A stretch of DNA of 64,000 bases from a virus (Duplodnaviria > Caudoviricetes): IMG/VR virus record IMGVR_UViG_3300028888_000001, one strand, 5' to 3'. Position 1 is the stretch's first letter; each line of letters opens with the position of its first letter. Positions 51,938 through 61,965 of this stretch are shown one piece after another. The translations under genes and the position numbers were made by a program. Under the pieces are notes generated by a model. The model made no database searches, was not told where the DNA came from, and worked only from the letters and a program-made list of their open reading frames with translations.

Positions 51938-53082
51938 ATAAACTTTCCGATCGGTATGGCGGTAAAGGTGTAGTTTCAAAAATACTTCCAGATAACAAAA
52001 TGCCAATACTTGAAAATGGTGAAGTTGTAGACATTATTAAGAACCAGAGTACGTGTATTAATCGTGAGAATATTGGTCAGCTGCATGAGCAGTCATTGAA
52101 TTTCATTGGTATGAGAATTCTTGACTTCTTTAAAACAAATGTGCTGACATACTCTGAGATGGTTCAGATGTGGTATAAATTCGTTTCTATGGTTGATCAA
52201 CCTCAAGCACAGATGGGCGCTGGGATGATTGACTTCTATGACGAAGAACAATGCAGATTGTTTATAGAGTCTATCTATGACGATGGTGGTATTATATTAT
52301 CATCTCAGCCGTTTACGACTCCTATAAATCTAGATACTATAGCAGAAATCTATAAAGAATTTCCATTCATTAAACCCTATAAGGTAGCTATGCCTATAGA
52401 AGACAGTAATGGTAATATAAGATTTGTAAAGTCCAAAAGAGACTTAGTTGTTGGAAAAATTTATAATTATAGACTCAAACAATATGCAGAGGAGAAATTC
52501 TCTGTAACGTCTTTATCGGCTACCAATCTTAAGAACTTAAATACTCGTTCTAAAGCTAATAAAGCGTATGAAACTAAGTATGCTAAGACACCGATCATGT
52601 TCGGTACCATGGAATCTGGTAACCTGTCTCATCTAGGCATGCAATATGTGGTAATGAATCTCATGCTATATAGTAGTAGCCCTAGAGCTAGAAGACTGTT
52701 TGAAGAGCTATTAATTGGAAATCCATATGATATCAATATAGTATTGGACAAAGACAGCAAAAATAGAAACGCTGAAATCATCAATGCTTTATTGAAAACT
52801 ATGGGTTTGAAATTAGTATTTTCAAAAGAACCAAAAGAAAAGAAAACCATGATGAATAATATTATGTATGAGCTTGTAAGTGCTAAAGACTTTAAACCTA
52901 AAACTAATATTAGACAGATCATGGACTTTTATGATGATGAAATAGAGCTTAAATATGCTGGAGCTCTTCATCATAAAAATAATAAACCAATGTATAATCT
53001 TATAATGATGGAGGATGTCAACAATGACGAACCTCAAACAAATATTAGAGCAATCATTGAAGAATCTGACGGAGAAGAATGA
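51938..53082 (+). CDS. RNA polymerase beta subunit C-half, exon 2
   Basis: KLSDRYGGKGVVS, MP...G..DII.N, RENIGQ, YRLKQ, FGTMES; spliced product 746 aa. Confidence 0.9.
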
Positions 53083-55351
53083 TCCTACAATTGCTCTTTC
53101 TATAGACTTTGGAGTAATGGTTTCGCAAGAAACTGTAAATCTAATTCAACGACAACTTAACTGGAATCAAGACGACATAGATGAAGCTAATATTATACTT
53201 CATATTTCTAATATTCTTTATAATAATTCCAGTGTTAATATCCTACCATTAGATGATGGATTATATGATCAGCTTCTGGTAGCATATAAACGCTATAATC
53301 CGCTTGGTTATCAAGTTGGAGCTGAACCTATAAAGCTTCAAGAGATAGTTCAGCCAGAATTTGAAGAAAAGAGATATATGTATACTTGTATAACTAACAA
53401 CGAATTAGATTCAAAAATGTATACTAGAGATATATTAGATCAACATACAAAACTCAATGAGTATCGCCCTGTTGAAATGATGTATCTTGTACAAGATCCA
53501 ATTACAAAAAGACTTATAAACACAAAGCATAAATATCCTGAGCTAGTTGGCACTCTAGATAAATGTAAATTTGTCTTAAATGATGAGGCTGCATCTAGAG
53601 GAGCTATAGACAATCCAGCTGTACAGGTGTTTGAAAGAGACTTCATACAAAAGCACATCACGCAAGGCGTTATCGATCCATATAGACCGATTAGCATGAT
53701 AGGCGAGCTTAAGTATGATGGTGTTTCTGTTGAGGCTGAAGTTTGTGGAGATAGAATACTCTCTGCATATTCTAGAGGTGATACAGCAGAAGACATAGCA
53801 ACTGATTTAACACCTATATTTAAGAACTATAATTTCTATAGAGCTAAGAATGTACCTAAAGATGTAGCTTTTGGTATTAAATTCGAAGCAGTGCTTACTC
53901 ATAGAAATTTAGAGCTCTTAGGTCAGATGAGAGGTAAAGAATATAAAAATGGTAGAAACGCAATCATTGGTCTGCTCGGAGCATCTGATGCTTATATGTA
54001 TACTGATATGATTACGTTAATACCGTTATCGACATCGCTAGATATGGATAGAGTTAGCGAATTGAAATTTCTCAATAAGTATTATTCTACTGGAGAATTC
54101 AATAGATTCGTTGAGTTTTATGGAGATTATATCTCTATCCTTTATCAGGTTAACCAGTTTACACAATCAGCTGAGTTGGTAAGAAAAGTATTACCTTACA
54201 TGATAGATGGCGTAGTTATCTCATATACAGACCCAAATATCATTAGGCTTCTTGGCAGGGTTAATTCTGTCAATAAATATCAGATGGCTATAAAATTCAA
54301 CCCAAGAAGTGTACGTACTATATTCTTAGGTTATACTTATAATATCGGTAAATCTGGTGAAATAATTCCAATGGTTCATTTCAAACCAGCAGAATTTATC
54401 GGTACTATACATACTAAACAGACTATCCACTCTCTACAGAGATTCAATGAGTTGTCTCTTATCAAAGGTCAGGAGATAGACGTAGATTATGTAAATGACG
54501 TTATATCTTATGTAACCAAACCAGATACAGCTCATAATAGGCAATTACAATCTCAATATAGACCAGAGCCATTTATACAGATTTGTCCATATTGTGGTTC
54601 TAGGATAGAAATATCTGATACAGGTAAATCCGCTAGGTGTCCGAATGTTCATTGCCATGAAAGAAAAATTATGAGAATGGTTGATATGATATCTAGGTTA
54701 GGATTTAAAGATTTCTCTGAAGAGACTGTAAGAACATTAGATTTGACCGAGTTTTGTGATCTAGTTAAAGTTTATAACTATGATGAGTTATTAAATAAAC
54801 TAGGCCCAATAACAGCAGACAAATTTATCAACTATCAGAAAGAGTTTCTAGCCAACCCAATAGAAGATTATAAAATCATGGCAGCATTAAGCTTTGAAGG
54901 GATGGCTGAAGAAAAATGGAAAACTATTCTTAAAGTATTCGATCTTCATACTTTAGCTGGAATGAATAACGCTATGCTAATAAACAGTCTTGTTTCTATA
55001 AACGGCATAGGGCCAGCTATAGCAAATGCTGTTGCTAATGGATTTGCTGATTATTCTAACGATATAAACTTCATACTTAATAATATAAAAATTATAGACT
55101 CTAAATACATGGCTAATAAGCCTAAAGTTGCTCTCACTGGAACAAGAGATCCAATGTTGATAGACATTATCAGGTCTCAAGGTTACGATTGTGATGAAAA
55201 ATATGGTGTTACCAAAGACATAGCTTTGCTAATAACAACGGATTTAAATTCTACGTCTGGTAAGATGGATAAAGCTAGAAAATACGGAATACCAATACTG
55301 ACTCCAGAACAATTCTATCAGTCGCATAACATTCAATTTGGCGCATTTTAA
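53024..55351 (+). CDS. ligA: NAD-dependent DNA ligase
   Basis: ELKYDG, SRGD, DGVVI, Zn finger CPYC..C..C, C-terminal BRCT. Confidence 0.9.
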   Translation: MTNLKQILEQSLKNLTEKNDPTIALSIDFGVMVSQETVNLIQRQLNWNQDDIDEANIILHISNILYNNSSVNILPLDDGLYDQLLVAYKRYNPLGYQVGAEPIKLQEIVQPEFEEKRYMYTCITNNELDSKMYTRDILDQHTKLNEYRPVEMMYLVQDPITKRLINTKHKYPELVGTLDKCKFVLNDEAASRGAIDNPAVQVFERDFIQKHITQGVIDPYRPISMIGELKYDGVSVEAEVCGDRILSAYSRGDTAEDIATDLTPIFKNYNFYRAKNVPKDVAFGIKFEAVLTHRNLELLGQMRGKEYKNGRNAIIGLLGASDAYMYTDMITLIPLSTSLDMDRVSELKFLNKYYSTGEFNRFVEFYGDYISILYQVNQFTQSAELVRKVLPYMIDGVVISYTDPNIIRLLGRVNSVNKYQMAIKFNPRSVRTIFLGYTYNIGKSGEIIPMVHFKPAEFIGTIHTKQTIHSLQRFNELSLIKGQEIDVDYVNDVISYVTKPDTAHNRQLQSQYRPEPFIQICPYCGSRIEISDTGKSARCPNVHCHERKIMRMVDMISRLGFKDFSEETVRTLDLTEFCDLVKVYNYDELLNKLGPITADKFINYQKEFLANPIEDYKIMAALSFEGMAEEKWKTILKVFDLHTLAGMNNAMLINSLVSINGIGPAIANAVANGFADYSNDINFILNNIKIIDSKYMANKPKVALTGTRDPMLIDIIRSQGYDCDEKYGVTKDIALLITTDLNSTSGKMDKARKYGIPILTPEQFYQSHNIQFGAF

Positions 55352-55451
55352 GTGCTGTAACTTTTTACAATACATTAAACAAATTTATAATTGCATACTA
55401 TATATTTGTATGCACTAGACATACGTACAAAATTTAGGAGGAGATGTTACT

Positions 55452-56162
55452 ATGAATAATAATTTTACGCACAACCTTATGATGATGAATATCGACAAGT
55501 TTATCATGCCGCTTTATCATCATGCACCACAGGCAAACAAGAGCTACGAGGAGTCTGAGCTTCATCAGGCACTCGTTATTAATGCCGATAGCATCGGCTA
55601 TGATATTGGAGACAATGACGACAGACCCGAGAGGCTGGTGAAAGCATTCTTTGCTGGCATTTCCAGCTATCTATCCAAGAGGAAAGTTAGCAAGCCGGAC
55701 GAAGCAGTAGCGCTTGTTCTTCAGGATACATCTGGAGTATTCAAGTTTGCAGCTATTGTTGAATATTTCGCTAACGTAGAAAACCCAGACGAGGCAGGAA
55801 ACTGGGGATACTCATTTACGTTCTATGAGGAAGATCTTAAAGATCTCGAAAAGAGAAAGACTGTAAAGAAACTGCTTGCCGGTGATGATGCGTTTAAGAG
55901 TATTATGTACAAGGCAGCTTATGATGTTGGAGGCTTTGTATTCAAGAAAGACGTTTATATCTATGACGCTTGTATCTTGGTAACTGATACTATTTTGCAG
56001 GTGCTCGATCATGAAGCCATTGACGGACAGGTAGTTGATATCGAAATGCCGGGATATTTCAAAGCCAGCGTAGGTGTAGAAAATGGCGAGAAAGTTTTCA
56101 GCATTGTTCCTGACGGGCATATGAAAGCACTTGTAAAGTCTGATATCGATCTGGATGATTGA
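55452..56162 (+). CDS. hypothetical protein
   Basis: 236 aa, AGGAGG RBS, own promoter motif; terminator at 56188..56219. Confidence 0.8.
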   Translation: MNNNFTHNLMMMNIDKFIMPLYHHAPQANKSYEESELHQALVINADSIGYDIGDNDDRPERLVKAFFAGISSYLSKRKVSKPDEAVALVLQDTSGVFKFAAIVEYFANVENPDEAGNWGYSFTFYEEDLKDLEKRKTVKKLLAGDDAFKSIMYKAAYDVGGFVFKKDVYIYDACILVTDTILQVLDHEAIDGQVVDIEMPGYFKASVGVENGEKVFSIVPDGHMKALVKSDIDLDD

Positions 56163-56244
56163 TTAAACGATTATAATAGACTAATCCTAAATAGGGTGGA
56201 GATTGCTCCACCCTATTTATTTTTAATAAAGAGGGGAAGATACA

Positions 56245-56877
56245 ATGAAAAAAATTGAAATCGAACGGAGATTATATAGCGTTGTTTCTCCTGAAGAATA
56301 TTCCCAGAATAAATCTAGTTGTAATGCTAAAACTACTGCTGTGTTAGTTGGTGAAACGGTATTGCCAATTAGAAGTAGCATTGAAAATTCACCAGGAATT
56401 TATTATAACAATGGTTGTGAGACAATGGCAGATGTCATCAAGCCATCTAAACAACAAGCACATGAATATTCTGCCGACAAAATTATAGACTTCACAAATG
56501 CTGATAGTTTGGGTGAAGTAATGAGAAAGAACGAGCTTCTTAGGAATATACAGCAAGACTTGATGGTTTCCGGTAAAGACAATATTCTCTGCCTTCCGCA
56601 ATCACAAGAAGATACTCCTGAGATGAGAGCTCTTAAAGGCGCTATCAATAGCAAGCAAATAGATAAGAAACAATATGAAGATAGATTCCCTCAATATCAA
56701 AACAACATGAGGCTTCTTAAAGGCCATTCGATCACTTTATCAAAAATGATTGAAATATGTACTGGGTTTGATATCGCATGTGAGCTTACATTAAGAGACA
56801 AGCCAGATGCAGTCAATCCAATGAATACAGAGATATCATTAGATTTGACAGAAGGGAGGCCGCTTAAGAAAGAATGA
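56245..56877 (+). CDS. hypothetical protein (possible C-terminal HTH)
   Basis: 210 aa, coupled to the RNAP beta N gene. Confidence 0.7.
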   Translation: MKKIEIERRLYSVVSPEEYSQNKSSCNAKTTAVLVGETVLPIRSSIENSPGIYYNNGCETMADVIKPSKQQAHEYSADKIIDFTNADSLGEVMRKNELLRNIQQDLMVSGKDNILCLPQSQEDTPEMRALKGAINSKQIDKKQYEDRFPQYQNNMRLLKGHSITLSKMIEICTGFDIACELTLRDKPDAVNPMNTEISLDLTEGRPLKKE

Positions 56878-58706
56878 AACAGAGAGAATTTATACATGAG
56901 TATAACAAACAAAACAGACCTAAATTTAATAGAAAATTCTTTGAGCGGCACGATGAAGATTTAATCAATGCACTTAGATACGTTGTATACTCATGTGAAA
57001 GAGATAATGTTTTTGTCATAAAAGTATTATCTTTTGAAGTGATAGATAGCTATGATGATGTTAATCATGTCTTATGGGAATATGAAGATTCCATTATGAA
57101 TAAGACAAAAACGAAACGTGAAGAAAATGCCGCTGCAGCGAAGAAACAGAATAATGCTGTAAAAAAGAAAGATAATCAGTTTGCTTATATCAATCTTAAA
57201 GGATCAGCACTTAAAGTTATTAAAGTAGTATACTTCATACAGATAAATGAAAAGAAAAATGGACTTGTGTCTGATACTGTAACAGTATACATTGCAATTC
57301 CAAGAATAGTAGATGGATTCTATTACAAGCTCAACGGTAACATTTATTCTGCTATATATCAAATTGTAGATGCATCTACTTATAATAACTCCGCCGCGAA
57401 GAATACCAAAAAGCAATCTATTACATTCAAAACTATATTTATGCCCATAAGAGTTTACAGATATCAGAATAATCTTACAGATATAGATGGAAATAACGTT
57501 CAGACTATATATTTTATAGCAAATATGTTTAGAAAGTCATTGCTGCTTATAAAATATATGCTAGCAAAGATGGGTCTTTATAATTGTATGAAATTCTTAT
57601 ACATCGAAGGTGTATATTTTATACAAGAAGACCAGCTGAATAAATTTTCAAAAGAGCAGTTTTACATATTCCCAATAAATCCAATTAAAGATATTTATAT
57701 AGTTTGTAATAGAATGATGTTTGACTCTGTACAGATTGTTCAATCATTTGTATACACTGTACACCATATTATTTTGCTTAATAAAGATTTTACATTTGGA
57801 GATTTATTCGGTGAAAAAATGTGGGTTAAATCTTTAGGTGCAGAATTCACTTCAAAAGATATAGATACGATATATGACAAAGGTAAAAACATTTTAGCAT
57901 CATTAGAATTTATCTACGATATGATGACTATGCAAGATCTTAAGTTATCTATGGAAGATAAATCTGACGTTTATAGAGTATTAAGGTGGATGATGTATGA
58001 GTTTAACTCATTACGTCAAAAAGACAATCTTGATATCTCTACTAAGAAAGTTAGATATGCTGAATATCTTGCTATGTACTATGCTGCTAAACTAGCTAAA
58101 GGTATTTACAGAATATCTGATAAAGACAATAGGGCAGATCTTAATACTATAAGAAAAGCTATACAAATACCACCAATGTATTTGATTAATGCTATAACCA
58201 CAAAATGCCAGTTGGTGAATTATAAGAACTGTGTTAATGATCTTGATAGTCTTATAGCATTAAAATACACATATAAAGGTATATCTGGTATTGGAGAACG
58301 CTCTAACGCTATCTCAGGAGCATACAGAAATGTACATCCATCTCATCTAGGACGAGTTGATATAGACTCAAGCTCAAACTCAGATCCTGGAGTAAGTGGT
58401 ACAATTTGTCCATTGGCTGAATTATATGACGGCCATTTTACCGAATATGAAGAGCCATCTACTTGGAATGAAAACATGGTTAAAGTCCTAGATATTTATA
58501 GAGCGGCTAAGAGCAAGCAAGAAATGATTAGACTCTTAGATGACACCGAAGTTTCAAAACACAAAAGTAATATCAAAGAAATATTAGAACAAGAAGTTGT
58601 AGCAGCAAGAAATCTTTTATCTGTTGAATTATACACTACAGATGAAGAATATATTAATGGCTATGATATTTTTGGTGACGGATATTTCTTTGTGGAGAAC
58701 GAATAA
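56874..58706 (+). CDS. multisubunit RNA polymerase beta subunit N-half
   Basis: IP.IVDGFY.KLNG; RNVHPSHLGRVD....DPG.SG aligns with RpoB RDVH.THYGR.C...PEG. Confidence 0.85.
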   Translation: MKQREFIHEYNKQNRPKFNRKFFERHDEDLINALRYVVYSCERDNVFVIKVLSFEVIDSYDDVNHVLWEYEDSIMNKTKTKREENAAAAKKQNNAVKKKDNQFAYINLKGSALKVIKVVYFIQINEKKNGLVSDTVTVYIAIPRIVDGFYYKLNGNIYSAIYQIVDASTYNNSAAKNTKKQSITFKTIFMPIRVYRYQNNLTDIDGNNVQTIYFIANMFRKSLLLIKYMLAKMGLYNCMKFLYIEGVYFIQEDQLNKFSKEQFYIFPINPIKDIYIVCNRMMFDSVQIVQSFVYTVHHIILLNKDFTFGDLFGEKMWVKSLGAEFTSKDIDTIYDKGKNILASLEFIYDMMTMQDLKLSMEDKSDVYRVLRWMMYEFNSLRQKDNLDISTKKVRYAEYLAMYYAAKLAKGIYRISDKDNRADLNTIRKAIQIPPMYLINAITTKCQLVNYKNCVNDLDSLIALKYTYKGISGIGERSNAISGAYRNVHPSHLGRVDIDSSSNSDPGVSGTICPLAELYDGHFTEYEEPSTWNENMVKVLDIYRAAKSKQEMIRLLDDTEVSKHKSNIKEILEQEVVAARNLLSVELYTTDEEYINGYDIFGDGYFFVENE

Positions 58707-58724
58707 TTGGGAGGAGAGTAAAAG

Positions 58725-58961
58725 ATGCCTAAAACGACTGTACAATCGTTATATTATCGTTATTTTGTCTATTCTTCTGAAGAAGAAAACTTAAGGATAA
58801 AGTTATACGGTAATAATGTTTCTTTCGGAACTGTAGTGGTTAGAGGTGTGCCTAAGAGATATACTTCTATTGTTACAGATCTTAAAGATACTAAGCCAGA
58901 TGCAATTGTCGTTACTAAGGGCGATATCCGTAAAATTCAATACACTCCACCCAAGCGATAA
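58725..58961 (+). CDS. hypothetical protein
   Basis: 78 aa, GGAGG RBS. Confidence 0.7.
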   Translation: MPKTTVQSLYYRYFVYSSEEENLRIKLYGNNVSFGTVVVRGVPKRYTSIVTDLKDTKPDAIVVTKGDIRKIQYTPPKR

Positions 58962-59024
58962 AATTAAAAATGGTGGTGGAAAAATACCACCACCGTTTTA
59001 TTTTTTTGTGTGAGAGGTGTTAGG

Positions 59025-59342
59025 ATGAGCCAAGAGATAATGACAGTTTTACCAGATGGATGTTGCCCAGTATGTGGTCATAGTCAATTTATTGTTAAAG
59101 AGATAGAATCTAATTTATTTTTAACTAATCAATTTGGAGAGATTATTGATAGTAGAGAAGAAAAATATGCTTGCGTTGGTAAATGCTTGATGTGTGGTAA
59201 AGAATATTCCATGTATTCAGCGCCCAATAAGTTTATACCTTTGACTCCAATTAGAAAAATTCTATATGAGTATTCAAAAGAATATTTAGAAAGCAAAGAG
59301 CCAAAAGAACAATATTTAACAAATCCTATGTTTAAGGAGTAA
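59025..59342 (+). CDS. Zn-ribbon protein
   Basis: CPVCG and CLMCG. Confidence 0.7.
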   Translation: MSQEIMTVLPDGCCPVCGHSQFIVKEIESNLFLTNQFGEIIDSREEKYACVGKCLMCGKEYSMYSAPNKFIPLTPIRKILYEYSKEYLESKEPKEQYLTNPMFKE

Positions 59343-59347
59343 ATAAA

Positions 59348-59998
59348 ATGTATGCAGCATTTGATATATCTCCATTATGGGAATTATACAATGCTCTTCA
59401 GGGCGAAATAGACTGGATGGTAAGAGCTAAGCCACTTCCAAATTTCCCATGGGGTAAAGAATTAAATAAAGATAATGTTTTCAAATTAATATTACAGAAC
59501 AATGGATGTGCGTTTGCTAATGATCCTGTATTTCATGAAAATACTATGACGTTTGATGAAAATTATAAAATAATATTTTTATACGGCGGCACTGGAAATA
59601 ACGTAAATAATTATTTTGATTACGTAGAATTTTTTGGTGCTAAAACTCTTGTTATTTTCATGGATAATTTTCTAGACATAGATAAAAAACTAGAAACAGA
59701 AGACGAGCTTTTTATTGGTAAATCTTTATATGTAGAAATGATAAGAAAAATAACAGATGTTTTCTTAGCTTCCACAGTAAACTTTGCGGAATTGAATTCG
59801 TCTATATTATCGACCACTGCAGCTGGTAATGCTTATAGATTTGCAGGAATATTTATTGCAGCAAAAATAATTCAGCCTTACTGTAAAGATGGTGAGATAA
59901 CTGAAAATGATATAGACACTATAGATATCGCTGATCTAAAGCAAATGCTTAAAATACCGATAGAGCTTTTGGTAAGCGGTGTGAAGTATATGTCGTAA
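59348..59998 (+). CDS. hypothetical protein
   Basis: 216 aa, AAGGAG RBS. Confidence 0.75.
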   Translation: MYAAFDISPLWELYNALQGEIDWMVRAKPLPNFPWGKELNKDNVFKLILQNNGCAFANDPVFHENTMTFDENYKIIFLYGGTGNNVNNYFDYVEFFGAKTLVIFMDNFLDIDKKLETEDELFIGKSLYVEMIRKITDVFLASTVNFAELNSSILSTTAAGNAYRFAGIFIAAKIIQPYCKDGEITENDIDTIDIADLKQMLKIPIELLVSGVKYMS

Positions 59999-60038
59999 GA
60001 ATTTATATAATGAATTACATCCAAATAATCTAAAGGAT

Positions 60039-60332
60039 GTGATGATAATGATAGCAGAAAAGAAAACAATGTATGAGTTGATACATCCATATAGATGTAA
60101 AAACTGTGGGCAAGATATGTTATTTTTTACCACAAATAGTGGAACTGTAATAGATTATAAAGAATTTTTCAATCGCGGTAATACGCTATCTGAAATGAAA
60201 AGATACTTAGAAAGACGCAATATTGGATTTCTTAAGTGCCTCTGCTGTAATAAGCTATATATCATTGATTGGACAGACGATTGGCCTCAACAAGTGATAG
60301 ATAAGAAAGTGCCAAGAGAATTTGGTATTTGA
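60039..60332 (+). CDS. Zn-ribbon protein
   Basis: CKNCG and CLCC; exact start uncertain. Confidence 0.7.
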   Translation: MMIMIAEKKTMYELIHPYRCKNCGQDMLFFTTNSGTVIDYKEFFNRGNTLSEMKRYLERRNIGFLKCLCCNKLYIIDWTDDWPQQVIDKKVPREFGI

Positions 60333-60353
60333 TCTAACTGAGGGAAATAAGAT

Positions 60354-60539
60354 ATGGGAATATATATTTCTGAGCCGAGTTATGAAGATAATAGCTATGA
60401 TATATGCGGGAATGCTACATATAAGGTTCTAAAGATGGGTTATGGGGCTATTAGGATTTGTTTATGTGAAGAATGCTTTAAACAGCTATGTGAGAATATA
60501 GAACCATTTTTAAATAAAGATGAGGACAATTTGAAATGA
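60354..60539 (+). CDS. small Zn-binding protein
   Basis: DICG and CEEC. Confidence 0.6.
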   Translation: MGIYISEPSYEDNSYDICGNATYKVLKMGYGAIRICLCEECFKQLCENIEPFLNKDEDNLK

Positions 60540-61033
60540 TTCGTTTAAGATACTATAAAGATGATGCTGTAAAATTTATTATCTATGGATTATATAGAAG
60601 TAATAAATTTATGGCATTAGATGAGTTTATTGGTACTCCTGAACATGATACTGTTAAGGAAGCCATAACTGAGTTATATAATGATAAGATTTATAAAGAA
60701 ATAAAAGAAAGCGGAATAGACGATGTTAAAATCGTTATTCTAATGCAAGTTGATCCATCTAAGCAACGTACAGGTGATGACACCAATATTCTTTATTATT
60801 GCAAATCTGCAGAATTTTACTTTGATATTAATCTTAAACTAGAAGATGTACATTTTAGTTTTAAAGACATCGAAGGAGATTTTGAAGAGGCTAAGTTTGA
60901 TAATAAAGAAAATATAACTACATTTGGTTCTGGAGCTATGGATGCTAAAGAGTGGTTTGAAAATGAGTGTCCAAATGCTAAGTTAGCTGATCTATTAACT
61001 AAGCTATACGGTGCTGAATGGATTAAATATTAA
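60536..61033 (+). CDS. hypothetical protein
   Basis: 165 aa, ATGA overlap. Confidence 0.7.
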   Translation: MIRLRYYKDDAVKFIIYGLYRSNKFMALDEFIGTPEHDTVKEAITELYNDKIYKEIKESGIDDVKIVILMQVDPSKQRTGDDTNILYYCKSAEFYFDINLKLEDVHFSFKDIEGDFEEAKFDNKENITTFGSGAMDAKEWFENECPNAKLADLLTKLYGAEWIKY

Positions 61034-61059
61034 TAAACACTTTTAAGGAGGGTAATGAA

Positions 61060-61137
61060 ATGGCTAAATCTGCAAGGGAAAAGAATCTGCACAAGAAGAA
61101 GCTTATTAAGGAAGCTAAGAAGAGAAATAAGAAGTAA
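61060..61137 (+). CDS. 25-aa highly basic peptide
   Basis: MAKSAREKNLHKKKLIKEAKKRNKK after AAGGAGG; terminator at 61147..61172. Confidence 0.55.
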   Translation: MAKSAREKNLHKKKLIKEAKKRNKK

Positions 61138-61278
61138 CAAACATAACCCCAGTGGGATAACTCCCACTGGGGCTGGTAATTATATTTTTAATTATATATC
61201 ATAAAATTGACATCAATAGCAAAGGAGATAGAAGATGCTCTTAGACATAGTGCTAAGACAATCTTTAAATAAATTAAT

Positions 61279-61878
61279 ATGTTTATATATGAATATGCAG
61301 CTAAGGCTAATACCGAATGGGAATATAGAAAAGACGAATATATTGTAAACGATTTTATTCATGGTATAGCATTATCTTTCGATGAAGCTATTGAGAAATA
61401 TAATATCGCTTATAGAGAAGTTGGATGTTATAGAGATTATTCTCCTATAATAATCCAGCATAATACAGAACCAATTCCATATAGTAATATAGACATGAAT
61501 CTTAAAGGGTATGATCTTATTAAAGAGATGCCTAAGATGTGCTATAAAATAATTTATACTCTAGATAATGATTTGAATATTATAACTAATGATGTTTTCT
61601 TTAATATGTACTCGTATATTATTTTTCATGATATTGAAAAATCTCTTTACGATAAGTATAATAAGTTTACTAAGGGAGCTATAATTCGTAATAAGAATAA
61701 TGGTAGACTATATAAGATTCTATCTGGATCTGAGTCTTATCCATTAGTAATGAGTGACATAGTATTCAATGAGAAATATAGCAATTTTGCACAGATTCAG
61801 CGTATTGATAAGAATAATAATCTAATTGGTAAGGTGAAGAATATAGATCATATTACTATAAAATATGAGTTAGCATAA
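61279..61878 (+). CDS. hypothetical protein
   Basis: 199 aa ORF; terminator at 61892..61915. Confidence 0.65.
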   Translation: MFIYEYAAKANTEWEYRKDEYIVNDFIHGIALSFDEAIEKYNIAYREVGCYRDYSPIIIQHNTEPIPYSNIDMNLKGYDLIKEMPKMCYKIIYTLDNDLNIITNDVFFNMYSYIIFHDIEKSLYDKYNKFTKGAIIRNKNNGRLYKILSGSESYPLVMSDIVFNEKYSNFAQIQRIDKNNNLIGKVKNIDHITIKYELA

Positions 61879-61965
61879 TTGTATATATAATATGGGAGGG
61901 ATCGATCCCTCCCATGTTTATTTTTAAATTATATTTTACAAGCAATTAAAGGAGATGTGATATAT

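Noticed and set aside
1011-61915. Intergenic GGGA-N4-TCCC hairpins as a repeat family or mobile element
   Set aside because: Arms differ in sequence and nearly all sit directly after stop codons; intrinsic terminators explain them.
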